A stretch of DNA of 64,000 nucleotides from an uncultured Desulfosarcina sp. (GTDB lineage Bacteria > Desulfobacterota > Desulfobacteria > Desulfobacterales > Desulfosarcinaceae). The stretch covers positions 288,001-352,000 of the forward strand of contig CAXXWQ010000001.1 in assembly GCA_963674945.2 (NCBI GenBank), given 5' to 3'. The position numbers and the translations under genes were made by a program. Under the pieces are notes generated by a model. The model had not been told where the DNA came from and did not search any database. It saw nothing but the letters and a program-made list of their open reading frames with translations. Positions 52,291-62,481 of the stretch are shown in pieces; within the stretch, counting starts at the first letter, position 1, and each line of letters begins with the position of its first letter.

Positions 52291-53946
52291 CCTGTTTCCG
52301 TGGCACAAAACCTGATTAAAACACTATAACCAATTGATAAAACATATATATTATGGTAATATTAGGGCACTAAACGCTCACTTCGGAGGTGAAATCAATG
52401 CGGCGTCCGATCACCATAAAACACGAGATGGAAAAACTTGCCAGTCATAGCGGATTGATCAATATCGGCGCATTACTTGATGCGATAAATTTCAGGTTCC
52501 GTTTCGAAAAGATCAACGGCGTCCATTGTGTAGACCCGAAAATTTCTCATGGTGACATTTTAGCTTCGATGATTGCTCTCATGAGTATTGGTAAACCTGA
52601 TTACGATGCGATCGAGATTTTTCGTGAGAAGCAAGAATTTTTCAACAAGGCCATTGGCAATCGTGCATGCCCGTCAAGCCCGACATTGCGTCAGCGAATC
52701 GATTTGATCGGCAACCAAGCCGATAAGCTGATTAAGGATGCAGGCGTTGATTTGGTTCGATCCTGCGCTCCGGCGATTTCACCCATCCAAACCAGTGCGG
52801 GTGATTTCCTTCCTTTGGATATGGATGTGAGTCCGTTTGACAACTCAAAGACTCAAAAGGAAGGCGTTTCCAGAACCTACAAAGGCACGGATGGCTTCGC
52901 TCCGATCTTTGCCTACCTGGGCACCGAGGGGTATCTGGTGAATCTTGAGTTCAGAGAAGGAAAACAACACTGCCAGAAAAACACCCCCGAATTTATCAAC
53001 GCCACCTTGGATTATGCCAGGCAAATTACCGATCAGCCTATTTTGATGAGGTTGGATTCAGGAAACGACAGTCAAGACAACTTTCCTGACGATTCACGAA
53101 AGAATGTCCACTTTATCATCAAACGCAATTTGCGTAGAGAATCTGTTCAAAAGTGGGTTGATCTGGCAAAAAAATCCGGCAAGCAACAGCATTGCCGCTC
53201 AGGAAAATGTGTATGGATCGGAAAGACGATTGAAGACATCAACGGCAATCCATTGCGCTACCCAATCATCTTTGAGGTTACCGAAAGGCATACCAAAAAG
53301 GGCCAAGTACTGCTGTTCCCCGAGTATCAGATCGATACCTATTGGTGCAGCCTCGCACAGTTGCCACCGGATGAGGTGATTCGACTTTATCACGATCACG
53401 GTACCAGCGAGCAGTTTCACTCCGAACTCAAATCCGACATGGGCCTGGAGCGCTTGCCGAGCGGTCATTTTTCCACCAATAGCTTGATTCTTCATTTGGC
53501 GATGCTGACGTACAACATGCTACGGATTATCGGACAAATCAGCATCGAAGAGAGTGATCCGACTGAATTGCCCGGTATACGCCGGAAGAAAGTTACCCGG
53601 CGTCGAATCCGGACAGTCATGCAGGACTTGATGTATATGGCCGGTCGATTAGTAACCAGAAGTAGAAAATGGTACATATCCTTTGGCCAACTCAATCCAT
53701 TTTCCAAACTGATGGATCGGATTTATCTTCGTCTGAATTTGCTTTCCGCTATGAAGTAGCTATAATTTTTAAAAGAACAATTTTACAGGCATTTGCTTGG
53801 TGATTTGCTATGGCTAAAGAATGAGAAACAGGAGCAAAATTCCTTCGAAATTTGAAAATAGTGAGAAAAATTATCAACAAATGATGGTGTGTGAGGCAAT
53901 CGCCCCGCGCCAATCCTAACAGCAAAAATTAGGCCACTGATTCAGG
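52291..53946 (+). mobile_element. IS1380-family insertion sequence, complete copy
   Basis: Imperfect IRs CCTGTTTCCGTGGC / GCCACTGATTCAGG; direct repeat TATTTC at 52285-52290 and 53947-53952; single transposase. Confidence 0.9.
52389..53759 (+). CDS. IS1380-family DDE transposase
   Basis: LDMD...KEGVSRTYKG..GFAP, RLDSG, LYHDHGTSEQFHSELK. Confidence 0.92.
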   Translation: MKSMRRPITIKHEMEKLASHSGLINIGALLDAINFRFRFEKINGVHCVDPKISHGDILASMIALMSIGKPDYDAIEIFREKQEFFNKAIGNRACPSSPTLRQRIDLIGNQADKLIKDAGVDLVRSCAPAISPIQTSAGDFLPLDMDVSPFDNSKTQKEGVSRTYKGTDGFAPIFAYLGTEGYLVNLEFREGKQHCQKNTPEFINATLDYARQITDQPILMRLDSGNDSQDNFPDDSRKNVHFIIKRNLRRESVQKWVDLAKKSGKQQHCRSGKCVWIGKTIEDINGNPLRYPIIFEVTERHTKKGQVLLFPEYQIDTYWCSLAQLPPDEVIRLYHDHGTSEQFHSELKSDMGLERLPSGHFSTNSLILHLAMLTYNMLRIIGQISIEESDPTELPGIRRKKVTRRRIRTVMQDLMYMAGRLVTRSRKWYISFGQLNPFSKLMDRIYLRLNLLSAMK

Positions 53947-54521
53947 TATTTCGCCTTGAAATTGAATTTCTGGCCACCGATGGCCGCCTCGTACATCAAC
54001 CCCCCCTTGGCATGGACGAAAACGGCCATGCCCTTGTGATAGCCGGATTTCACCTGTTTCCCGGTGGCCGGTCCAGCGCTGGCACCGGCCGTGGTCCCCT
54101 CGGTGCCTGCCTTGGCTTGAACCCCGGCCGTGATGGCCACTGCCGAGGCCGTGGCATCGAATTCGAATTCACCACTGGTGAATTCCTCATAGGCCCGCTT
54201 GTCCTGAAAAAAGATCATTTCGCTAAAGGCCTGACCGCCCAGTTGGAAACCTACGGTCACCTTTACCAAGGAGGTTTCTCCCGTGACCACGCCACCCTTA
54301 TAAACCTGTCCCGTGCCATAGGATCCCCCGATACCGATACCGGCTTTTCCGATGGTGGGGAAAACGGCATATCCATAGGCGTTTTTAAAAAAGGGCTGAA
54401 CCGCCGGGGACTTCTTAAATACGGCGATTGTGTTTTCAAATTTGTCAGCCTGTGCAGACACCGATAGGAACAGGGCAATCAAAATGGTTTGTATGAAAAT
54501 AGAAACGCGAACGATTTTCAT
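53916..54521 (-). CDS. Exported lipid-binding SYLF/Ysc84-domain protein; last 10 residues are IS-derived
   Basis: Signal peptide, AYGYAVFP.IGKAG.GIGG..G.G, GFQLGGQ, GLMYEAAIGGQKF. Confidence 0.85.
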   Translation of the reverse strand: MKIVRVSIFIQTILIALFLSVSAQADKFENTIAVFKKSPAVQPFFKNAYGYAVFPTIGKAGIGIGGSYGTGQVYKGGVVTGETSLVKVTVGFQLGGQAFSEMIFFQDKRAYEEFTSGEFEFDATASAVAITAGVQAKAGTEGTTAGASAGPATGKQVKSGYHKGMAVFVHAKGGLMYEAAIGGQKFNFKAKYLNQWPNFCC

Positions 54522-54562
54522 TTCTCCTGTTCTCCTCATTGAAGAAGCGTTTTCGGACACGA

Positions 54563-55666
54563 CTATATACCGCCCACGGCGATTTCAACCCGGCGATTTC
54601 GCTGTCTGCCCTCACTGGTGGCATTGTCGGCCACGGGATTTTGACTTCCGAACCAAAGAAGCACGATCCGGTCCTCATCGATACTGAAATTTCTCACCAG
54701 GTAGTCCCTCACTCTCCGGGCACGAATTTTTGAGAGCGCAAGATTGTACTCGGGGTCGCCGGCGCTGTCGGAAAATCCGGCCGCGACTACATAGGTCTCC
54801 GGATTATCCTTCATATAATTGCCGATTTTATCCAACTGGTCGTTGTACCTTTCGGGAATGGCAAAGCTATCAAAATCGAACAATATATCATCGGCAATGG
54901 CTCCGACAACTTTGGTGGTTGGTCTCAACCGCGCGTAACTGGTGGTGCGAACCGTGAACAGGGCGCCACCCAGGTAATGGGGGTTGTCCAAGAAGCGATG
55001 CAGGGGGATAACGCGGGAACAGGCGTTTACCGAAGATATGGCTTCCAGGAGTTTTTCCTGCGTATCCTCCGTGGCACTGCTGATCAGGTAGAAGCAGACA
55101 TCGTTGTCCTCGGCGATTTCCCTTGCGATCTCAACGGGTTTTTTCGGGCCGCGGGTGTCGGACGTTCTGCCATCCGTGAACATGATCACCGCCGTTCTCC
55201 CCGACAGGCCGGCGACGACCTTTCGAAGGGCGCTGAGTCCGGGGCGCAACATGGCCGGTCCCTCTCCTTTGTCCGGCAAGGCATTGATGGCGGCACCAAA
55301 ATTTGCACGATCATAGGGCTGCATGCCGTAGAGTTCATGAAAGGAGCCGGCCAGTGTCTTATTGTCGGTGTAAATGTAAAGGCCTGCATTGTATCCCAGT
55401 TCCGGAAGCCATGAATTTCGCATCTTCAGAAACTCTTTTGTGGCCTGGATCTTAGAAACGGTTCTGCCCGGTACCATGTCATTGGCGGTTCCGGATGTGT
55501 CGAACAGGACGATGAAATTGTCCACGGTTCGAATCAAATCGGTTTCGGTGACAATTTCCTTTTCCATCATTTCGCGGGTTACGAGCTCGAAAGCCTGTAC
55601 AAAACTGGACGAAAAGATGGTTACGACAAAGGTTAAGACCAAGACGGCAACATTTGACTTTTTCAT
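54563..55666 (-). CDS. vWA + OmpA-C peptidoglycan-binding protein
   Basis: Signal peptide, LFDTSGT and MFTDG (MIDAS-like), FDFDS, YNLALS..RA..V, NRRVEI. Confidence 0.88.
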   Translation of the reverse strand: MKKSNVAVLVLTFVVTIFSSSFVQAFELVTREMMEKEIVTETDLIRTVDNFIVLFDTSGTANDMVPGRTVSKIQATKEFLKMRNSWLPELGYNAGLYIYTDNKTLAGSFHELYGMQPYDRANFGAAINALPDKGEGPAMLRPGLSALRKVVAGLSGRTAVIMFTDGRTSDTRGPKKPVEIAREIAEDNDVCFYLISSATEDTQEKLLEAISSVNACSRVIPLHRFLDNPHYLGGALFTVRTTSYARLRPTTKVVGAIADDILFDFDSFAIPERYNDQLDKIGNYMKDNPETYVVAAGFSDSAGDPEYNLALSKIRARRVRDYLVRNFSIDEDRIVLLWFGSQNPVADNATSEGRQRNRRVEIAVGGI

Positions 55667-56009
55667 TGTTTTTTCCCCCTTGTTTTGGATTCATGTCTCG
55701 AATGAACGCTTACAAATCCTTTGGTACACGAAAAGGTGATTTGGGCGACGGCAGATACCCCGTATCGCCCGTTTCTGAAAATTACGGGTGTGCCAAGAAC
55801 TTTCTCTCGAAACAAAAGAGAACCGATCTTCGATTTTATATTGGAGCCGATGGAAAACGGAAAAATTGTGAGTGCTGTTATTTAGGGTAAGCGCTGCAGG
55901 TCAGGAAATGGACTTTGTTCTTACAGGTAAGAAGTACAATCAAACAGTTCACAATTGATAAAATTATAACACCGGTTGGCCAAAAGGCAACAGCAATTAC
56001 GTTATTTTT

Positions 56010-57140
56010 TCATGGGATTACCTGTGGGTTGACAATGCTGGGAACCGCCTTCGGCGGATTTTTACTAAGAAAGGGCACGATATCTTTCCGGTTCCAGAGA
56101 GGATACCCGGCCAAAATACCGACAATGTTCAAGGCAGCCAGCGTTGCCATGCCCTCCCTGGCCCACCGGGTGGCGGAGCCGATGTGGGGAACGATGACCA
56201 CGTTTTCCAGTTTCGCCAAGCCGGGTGTCAGGGCAGGCTCGTTTTCAAATACATCCAGTCCGGCGCGAAAATTTCGATTGCGCCGGCAATGATCCACCAG
56301 TGCCGATTCGTCCACCACGGGACCCCGGCTGGTATTGATCAAGACGGCATCGTTTTTCATCAGACAGAGCCGACGTGCATCGATGAGGTGATGGGTGGTA
56401 TCATCGAGAACCGTATGGATGCTGACGCAATCAGCCGTTTCCAATAGTTCGTCGAGGGATTCGGTTCTCCGGCAGGTTACCGGCATTAGGCTCTGCCGGA
56501 TTCGGAACCGGTTGAAGTTGGCGACAAAAGACTCCAACGCTGCATTGGTGTTTCGGCCGTGGTATATCAGGTTCATTCCGTGGCCCTGGACCATCATGCG
56601 GGCATAGGCGCCGCCGATTCTTCCTGCGCCGATGATCCCCAGGATCTTACCGCTCAGCTGGACACCCAGCAGCAGATCGGGTCGCCAGCCATTGAACCGA
56701 CCGGCCCGCAGGTACCGCTCGGCCTCGCCGATTCGCCGGGCGGCGGCGAAGGTGAGGGCCACGGCCATTTCCGCCGTTGCCTCCGTGAGTGCGTCGGGTG
56801 TATTGCCCACGGGTATGCCCGCCCGGGTCGCCGCATCCAGGTCCACATTGTCATAGCCCACGGCATAGTTGCTGAATACGGCGCCGCCGGCCTTCTTCAA
56901 TGCAAAAAAGAGTGTTTCATCCCACGTTTCCGTCAATTGCCCGATAACGCCGTTGCATCGGATCTCCATGGCAGATAGAATGGTTCCGGCGTTTATGGCC
57001 GTATCCGCATTGCAGAACACCTCGACGCGACAGTCCGCTTCGATCAACAGGTCGAGCCACCGCCGTCCGGGCAGCGTTCTGGTGACGATGACGCGGTACT
57101 TGCCTTCAGGATGATGAATTTGCCAGTCAGGTGGATGCAT
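56010..57140 (-). CDS. D-glycerate dehydrogenase/hydroxypyruvate reductase (plant HPR1-like)
   Basis: AVGYDNVD, GAGRIG, INTSRG, LDVFENEP, PHIGSA. Confidence 0.9.
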   Translation of the reverse strand: MHPPDWQIHHPEGKYRVIVTRTLPGRRWLDLLIEADCRVEVFCNADTAINAGTILSAMEIRCNGVIGQLTETWDETLFFALKKAGGAVFSNYAVGYDNVDLDAATRAGIPVGNTPDALTEATAEMAVALTFAAARRIGEAERYLRAGRFNGWRPDLLLGVQLSGKILGIIGAGRIGGAYARMMVQGHGMNLIYHGRNTNAALESFVANFNRFRIRQSLMPVTCRRTESLDELLETADCVSIHTVLDDTTHHLIDARRLCLMKNDAVLINTSRGPVVDESALVDHCRRNRNFRAGLDVFENEPALTPGLAKLENVVIVPHIGSATRWAREGMATLAALNIVGILAGYPLWNRKDIVPFLSKNPPKAVPSIVNPQVIP

Positions 57141-57888
57141 CGTCTATCCCCATGTCTCCAAATTTATGCTGAACAATGGCTACGGCGGTCAGGGCAGCGG
57201 TCTGGGCACGCAGTATCCGGGGACCCAGTCCTGCAATGACAAATCCCTGCTCCCGGGCCCGCCGAATTTCATCCTCCTGAAAACCACCCTCCGGTCCCAC
57301 GGCCATCATGATCGTATTTGGTTTTTGCATGGGTCTGTTTTGCCAGTCGAACCGCTTGGACGCATCTTCCCAGAAGATGAGCTTGAGATCGGCACTTGCG
57401 GATTCTGCCAACATCTCATCGAAACTTTCCGCCAACCTGATTTCGGGGATTACCGCCCGCCGGCACTGTTTGACCGACTCGATGGCGATTTTCTCCCATC
57501 GCTCCAGCCGTTTCGAAAGTCCTTTCCGGTTCGGCACGGGAACCGACCGGGAACAAAAAAAAGGGATCCACCGATGGATGCCCAATTCCGTCAAGGGCGG
57601 GAGGAGATCGTCCATTTTCCGTTCCTTGAGAAATCCCTGGGCCAGGGTGATGTGAACTGGAGATTCAGAGAGAAGAGCAAAGGTCTTTTCGATTTGCAAT
57701 TGAACCTGTTTGGGCGAGGCCGAGACGATAATTGCCCGATACCCGTTCCCGGTTCCATCGATAAGTTCCACGGAATCGCCGGCCGCAAGGCGCAGAACCC
57801 GGCAGATGTGACCAGCCTGGGGGCCGGTGATTACCGGTCGGGCTTCCCTGATCATCTCCGGCGGCATGTAAAAACGTCTGGGAGACAT
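57127..57888 (-). CDS. rsmE: 16S rRNA m3U1498 methyltransferase
   Basis: H..RVLRL, TELG, KQCRR, VGPEGGF, LGPRILRAQTA. Confidence 0.95.
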   Translation of the reverse strand: MSPRRFYMPPEMIREARPVITGPQAGHICRVLRLAAGDSVELIDGTGNGYRAIIVSASPKQVQLQIEKTFALLSESPVHITLAQGFLKERKMDDLLPPLTELGIHRWIPFFCSRSVPVPNRKGLSKRLERWEKIAIESVKQCRRAVIPEIRLAESFDEMLAESASADLKLIFWEDASKRFDWQNRPMQKPNTIMMAVGPEGGFQEDEIRRAREQGFVIAGLGPRILRAQTAALTAVAIVQHKFGDMGIDDAST

Positions 57889-57900
57889 CTCTTTTTTTCG

Positions 57901-60189
57901 CTAATTTCCCTGCTGGTTTTCTTTCTGCCGATCGGAAATCGACATCCTGGACTCTTCCGCGCGCAATTGAATTCGTTTGAAGAGAACTTCATTTTGGTCT
58001 GATTGACCCTTTTCCGCCAGTGCGGGAATATTATTCTTGAATTCATCAAGCAGGGGTAAATCTTCAACCTCTCCCACCCTTGCCATCGCACGAATCAGAA
58101 TCCGTAAATTGGAGAACAACGCATTTAAGTGCTGTTCACTTTCACTGCTGTTATAAATGAAGGAGGAAGGATCACTATAGTCCCTGAGGGCGCTCAGGAT
58201 AACGCTACGTGCGGTAACGCCGCCGATCAGCGCCAGGAAGATAAATATCTCGCGTTCAAGTTGCAGTAAATATTGCACAGAAATGGGGGGTTCATTCTTT
58301 TTGTCGGGGTTGAGCGCCTCATTGAGCGCCTGATGAATGGTTTTGATTTTTTGGAAGAACTGTTCTTGATCTTTGCCGATACGCCAGACCACATAGTTGG
58401 CGACCTTATCTTCCAGCTTCTCGCTTACCTTGATGATTTCCTCCGGCGTGATCTCCATATCGATCAGTCCGCTGCTGAATTTGCGGATCAGGACGCTTGT
58501 GAGCATCATGGCTTTTGAATCGGAATAGCTTATTGTTTCCGGATCTTGATAGAAATCCGACATCAGGATCTTAACGGCTTCCTTTGGGTTTTTCATCTGG
58601 GCAATGAGCTGTTGCAGCGAATTGAGAAACGGAATGCGGTCTTTGGCATGGACGTATTCGCGCAGGTAAAGCCATAAGAACTCGAATATTTTCCGCTCAA
58701 ACCGTGCAAATTCCGGCATGATCCGGGCGAACTCCCGTTTGATGAAGCGGCCGTCGGTATCGAAGCAACCTTCCAGCATTTCAATCAGCGAATGGGCGTC
58801 TTGTACCGAGATTCCAAAGTCTTTGGCCAGTGTCTCGAAGTCGGTTAAATTCAGTTTTGAACTGTGATCGACGAGGTTGCTCATCTTTTTCTTAGTGTCG
58901 TTACGGCGCTTGTAAAACGTGACGACCCCCAACACCTTTTTATGCAGATTTCCCAAAATGCCGAATTTTGATTCTTCTCCGGACACATCCGCCTGGGCTT
59001 CGGCGAAGAGATCGTCAAACACCTGCGCCTTGACCTCATTCAGGCGTTTTTCAATATTACCGATGATCTCCTCGCGCATTTTCCTGGATTTGTCGGGGGT
59101 GTTTTCCACGGAAACCAGCAGATCGGATGAGAGTTTGAGTCGCTCGTTGAGGTGGTCGGCATTGATTTTATCATAGTCGTTGCCATACACGCTTTTGAGG
59201 ATCTTGGCGGCCTTGGCCGGGGAGCCGCCGGCGCTTTTTATGGAGAATTGAGCTACTTCCGCCTGTTCCTTGCTCATGGTCTCAATCTCGTTTTCCCCCA
59301 GCAGCCACACGACATTATTGATCTCAATGGGGGGGCGCACCAGCTTGCCCTTTAACTTTTGGACCGCAAAAATGGCGTTGTAAATGCTCATATATCGATC
59401 TTTCAAAGGACTGTTCCCAATTTTTTCAACGAGTTTCTCGGCCACTTGCGGCTTGATTCCATTGGCGATGGTCAGCATTGTAAGGTTCTCATCCGGAATA
59501 GCGTCGCTATTTTGAATTACCGGGTAGGACTTCGTTTCGCCGCGTTCATTCGTAATGGCAATGGGGGTGTTTTCCATGACCGCCTTTTTGTATAGGGCAA
59601 AGGCGCGCAAGGCGTCGTGCAGCCGGCCTATTTGTTTGTCGATGTTCTTGGGAAATCGCAGGTAGAGAGAATAGATCTCTGCCGACGAGAATACCTGGAA
59701 GGCACGATTCAGCTGATCTGTCAGATAGACCATTTTGGATCCCAGGCGTTTCACCATATTGGCCACGGCGTCCGTATCCACCATGGTTTCCCCGTAAACC
59801 AGCTCGTAGTCGGATTTTTCATCCATTTTCTTTGGGTCATTGGGAAAGCCGCGAAAACGGATGAGCAACGACAGTTTTTTACCTGAAAGTTTCCAGATGC
59901 GATCCATGGTTTTGAGAACTTGCTGGAAGGTTTTTTTCTCGAAGTCGGTGTTGTCCACGATGTTGGCGTCTATCAGATAAACGCTTAAAAGATAGGTCAA
60001 TTCTATCATTAGCGTCCGTTTATCGTCTTCCTGTTTTTTCTGCTTTTCCAGTCCTTCGGCAAGATGATCCTTGCTATAATCCTTATCAATACCATGCAAC
60101 ATTTGATAAAGCTGGCTGGCTTCCTCGTCCAGCACTTTTTCGATTTCTGACATGGTGACCCTCCAAATGCCTTCGCGGGTAATCTGCAA
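57901..60189 (-). CDS. Large hypothetical alpha-helical protein (start may be 60153)
   Basis: 762-codon ORF with ordinary charged composition and no recognisable motif; directly upstream of rsmE. Confidence 0.85.
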   Translation of the reverse strand: MQITREGIWRVTMSEIEKVLDEEASQLYQMLHGIDKDYSKDHLAEGLEKQKKQEDDKRTLMIELTYLLSVYLIDANIVDNTDFEKKTFQQVLKTMDRIWKLSGKKLSLLIRFRGFPNDPKKMDEKSDYELVYGETMVDTDAVANMVKRLGSKMVYLTDQLNRAFQVFSSAEIYSLYLRFPKNIDKQIGRLHDALRAFALYKKAVMENTPIAITNERGETKSYPVIQNSDAIPDENLTMLTIANGIKPQVAEKLVEKIGNSPLKDRYMSIYNAIFAVQKLKGKLVRPPIEINNVVWLLGENEIETMSKEQAEVAQFSIKSAGGSPAKAAKILKSVYGNDYDKINADHLNERLKLSSDLLVSVENTPDKSRKMREEIIGNIEKRLNEVKAQVFDDLFAEAQADVSGEESKFGILGNLHKKVLGVVTFYKRRNDTKKKMSNLVDHSSKLNLTDFETLAKDFGISVQDAHSLIEMLEGCFDTDGRFIKREFARIMPEFARFERKIFEFLWLYLREYVHAKDRIPFLNSLQQLIAQMKNPKEAVKILMSDFYQDPETISYSDSKAMMLTSVLIRKFSSGLIDMEITPEEIIKVSEKLEDKVANYVVWRIGKDQEQFFQKIKTIHQALNEALNPDKKNEPPISVQYLLQLEREIFIFLALIGGVTARSVILSALRDYSDPSSFIYNSSESEQHLNALFSNLRILIRAMARVGEVEDLPLLDEFKNNIPALAEKGQSDQNEVLFKRIQLRAEESRMSISDRQKENQQGN

Positions 60190-60337
60190 TCCATATCGCC
60201 AACACTGGTCAAAACAGTGGATTACAGTTGTATTGGTACTATTTCTAAGCTATTAATTTTGTTATGTCAATTGGTTGGCATGAATCGAACCCATTTCTCC
60301 AGAAACGAAACATTTCAATTGAAAGAAGGGAGTCGCA

Positions 60338-61789
60338 TTGAACATCCGTGTCGCCTTTTCCCGTTTTGTGATGGCCGTGGGCCTGGCGCTATTCGTTTGG
60401 GGTGCCCATGGCGCGTATACCGGTTTGAAGGCGAGATCCTGGCCACATACCATTGGTTTCGTTCTTGAGTCATCGGTGAAAAAGCGTTTCAAAATCGAAT
60501 ATCCTCATATTTTATACAGCTATCGTGTAAACGGTAATCATTACACCGGGGACCGCTTGATGAGCGGTCCCGAACCAGGGCCGGGAACGAAAAATCCGAA
60601 GGCATTGGTCGCTAAACTGAAGAATGAAAAACAGATCGATGTGGTTCACCATCCGGAAAAACCGGAAAGAGCGCTGCTGGTGACCGGAATCGGCGATACC
60701 GTCCTTTTATTACTGCTTAGCGGTGTCACCTTTTTTTCAGCAGGCCTTTTGCTGAAGTTTCCCGAAGGTAATGGGTGTTTGGGCATTTTCGTATTTCTCC
60801 TGTTTTTTTCAATGGTGGTTTTCTTAATGGTTCCGAAGGTAAGAAAGGCGCTTGTCGCTCACCATATCCTTTCCACCATGGACGAAGTCGTGGTTCATGA
60901 CAGTCGGGCGATTCGTCGGAAAGGACTTTTTGATCCGGAGAAATCAAAACAGCTGGCACCTTCGACCGTTGAAATCGTCAAACCGGAACCGACGCCAAAA
61001 AAGCAAACAACCAAAGATATAAACCATTCAGTGCTCTATGTGTCATCGGAAAAAGGGATTTACCGCATCGATGAAAAAGGCGGTCACGAGATCCTTATTG
61101 GTGAGATAAAAAACAGTTACTGCTTAGAGGTCTATGGAGAAAATCTCTATGTATCCACCGGAGCAAGGGGGGCGTCCATTAAAACGTATACCTTGAACGG
61201 TCGATTGATTAATGAAATTTCCATTCCGGCCCCGGCAGTGGAATATTTGACATTCAAGTGCCTTCCCCACAGCCGGTTTGCGCTTTTGGATAATAAAAAC
61301 GATGCGATCCATTTCATTGATAGCGATGGTTTTCTTCTGAAAACGGCAGGATTGAGCCAACCCGATAAGCATTGGCAGGATCTGGATGGCGTTGTCGTTA
61401 ATAATTTGCTTTACGTCGGGGAGGTGAGCGAGTCAAAGATCGTCGTGATCGATCTCGACACGTTTGCCGTTTCCATGTTCAAAGATCTGAGTGATCGGCT
61501 TTACGCCATATCCGCCGTGGCCTATTCACCCCAATCCGGTTTTTTCTACGCCAGCGACCAGGATCGCGGGCTTTACGCGTTCAGCCAAGCCGGGCCGCCA
61601 AAAAAGATTGGCAGCCCCATGGCCGGATTCGGTTATTATGCCGAATTGGAGATCGACTACCCCCGTGCATACATCATGAGCACGAAAGGCGTGATCGGGG
61701 TCATGGATTTGAATACAGGTTCTTTTAAAAAATTTTGTGACCTCCAAGTCAGAACCAGAGCCCTCACCATTCATGTGAGCAAACCGTGA
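60338..61789 (+). CDS. DUF3592-like membrane domain fused to a beta-propeller-like domain
   Basis: TM, SWP.T.G.V..S, Y.Y.VNG..YTG, PEKPERALL, further TMs, then beta-rich repeats. Confidence 0.75.
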   Translation: MNIRVAFSRFVMAVGLALFVWGAHGAYTGLKARSWPHTIGFVLESSVKKRFKIEYPHILYSYRVNGNHYTGDRLMSGPEPGPGTKNPKALVAKLKNEKQIDVVHHPEKPERALLVTGIGDTVLLLLLSGVTFFSAGLLLKFPEGNGCLGIFVFLLFFSMVVFLMVPKVRKALVAHHILSTMDEVVVHDSRAIRRKGLFDPEKSKQLAPSTVEIVKPEPTPKKQTTKDINHSVLYVSSEKGIYRIDEKGGHEILIGEIKNSYCLEVYGENLYVSTGARGASIKTYTLNGRLINEISIPAPAVEYLTFKCLPHSRFALLDNKNDAIHFIDSDGFLLKTAGLSQPDKHWQDLDGVVVNNLLYVGEVSESKIVVIDLDTFAVSMFKDLSDRLYAISAVAYSPQSGFFYASDQDRGLYAFSQAGPPKKIGSPMAGFGYYAELEIDYPRAYIMSTKGVIGVMDLNTGSFKKFCDLQVRTRALTIHVSKP

Positions 61790-61929
61790 ACATCAGTGTC
61801 ATACGAGTCAGGGGACATTTATAAAAATGTGCAAAAGTTGACAGAGGCCAAAGATGGTATCGGCAATCCGTATTCCGGGTGTGAAAGAGGAATTGTCATG
61901 TGGAGATTTCCTCTCCGTATCGGTTTTGT

Positions 61930-62481
61930 TTAAGCGAAATCACCAGGGACCAATGAAAACATGAAGGCGTCTAAGGTTTGTCCGTGTACATACAAACGTT
62001 GTCTTAGTAAACCTTCTTGCAATGCCCCCACTTTCTCTGCAACCCGTTGACTCGGTATATTTTTCACTGCCACAACGATCTCCATTCGGTGTAACTTCAA
62101 GTTATCAAAACCAAATTTTGCTATCATTGGCACTGCAGCAGATGCAATTCCCAGCCCCGTTTTGCTTGTCCTGATCCAATAGCCTAAATTCGCAAACCTT
62201 TCCGCCACATTAATTTGATTCAAACCACAAACACCAAGGGGCAAGTCGCCTGGTTTATTCATGATTACAAAATCGTATTCCACCCCGTGCCTCCATGCGG
62301 CATCGCGTGATTCACACCAGAATCTACTTTCTTCGAGCGAATAATCCGCACTGCACCAAGGCATCCATGGGGATACTTCAGCGATGGACTCATTCACTGC
62401 CGTAAATATTGATTCGGCGTCAGAAGGACGGACACGCCGTAATATACTAATTTCATTTTCAATAATTGGGTCGTCGGTCAT
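61930..62481 (-). CDS. GNAT acetyltransferase (RimJ/RimL-like)
   Basis: ANLGYWI...G.GIA, LHRMEI, N.PSQRVAEKVG...EG.LR. Confidence 0.9.
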   Translation of the reverse strand: MTDDPIIENEISILRRVRPSDAESIFTAVNESIAEVSPWMPWCSADYSLEESRFWCESRDAAWRHGVEYDFVIMNKPGDLPLGVCGLNQINVAERFANLGYWIRTSKTGLGIASAAVPMIAKFGFDNLKLHRMEIVVAVKNIPSQRVAEKVGALQEGLLRQRLYVHGQTLDAFMFSLVPGDFA

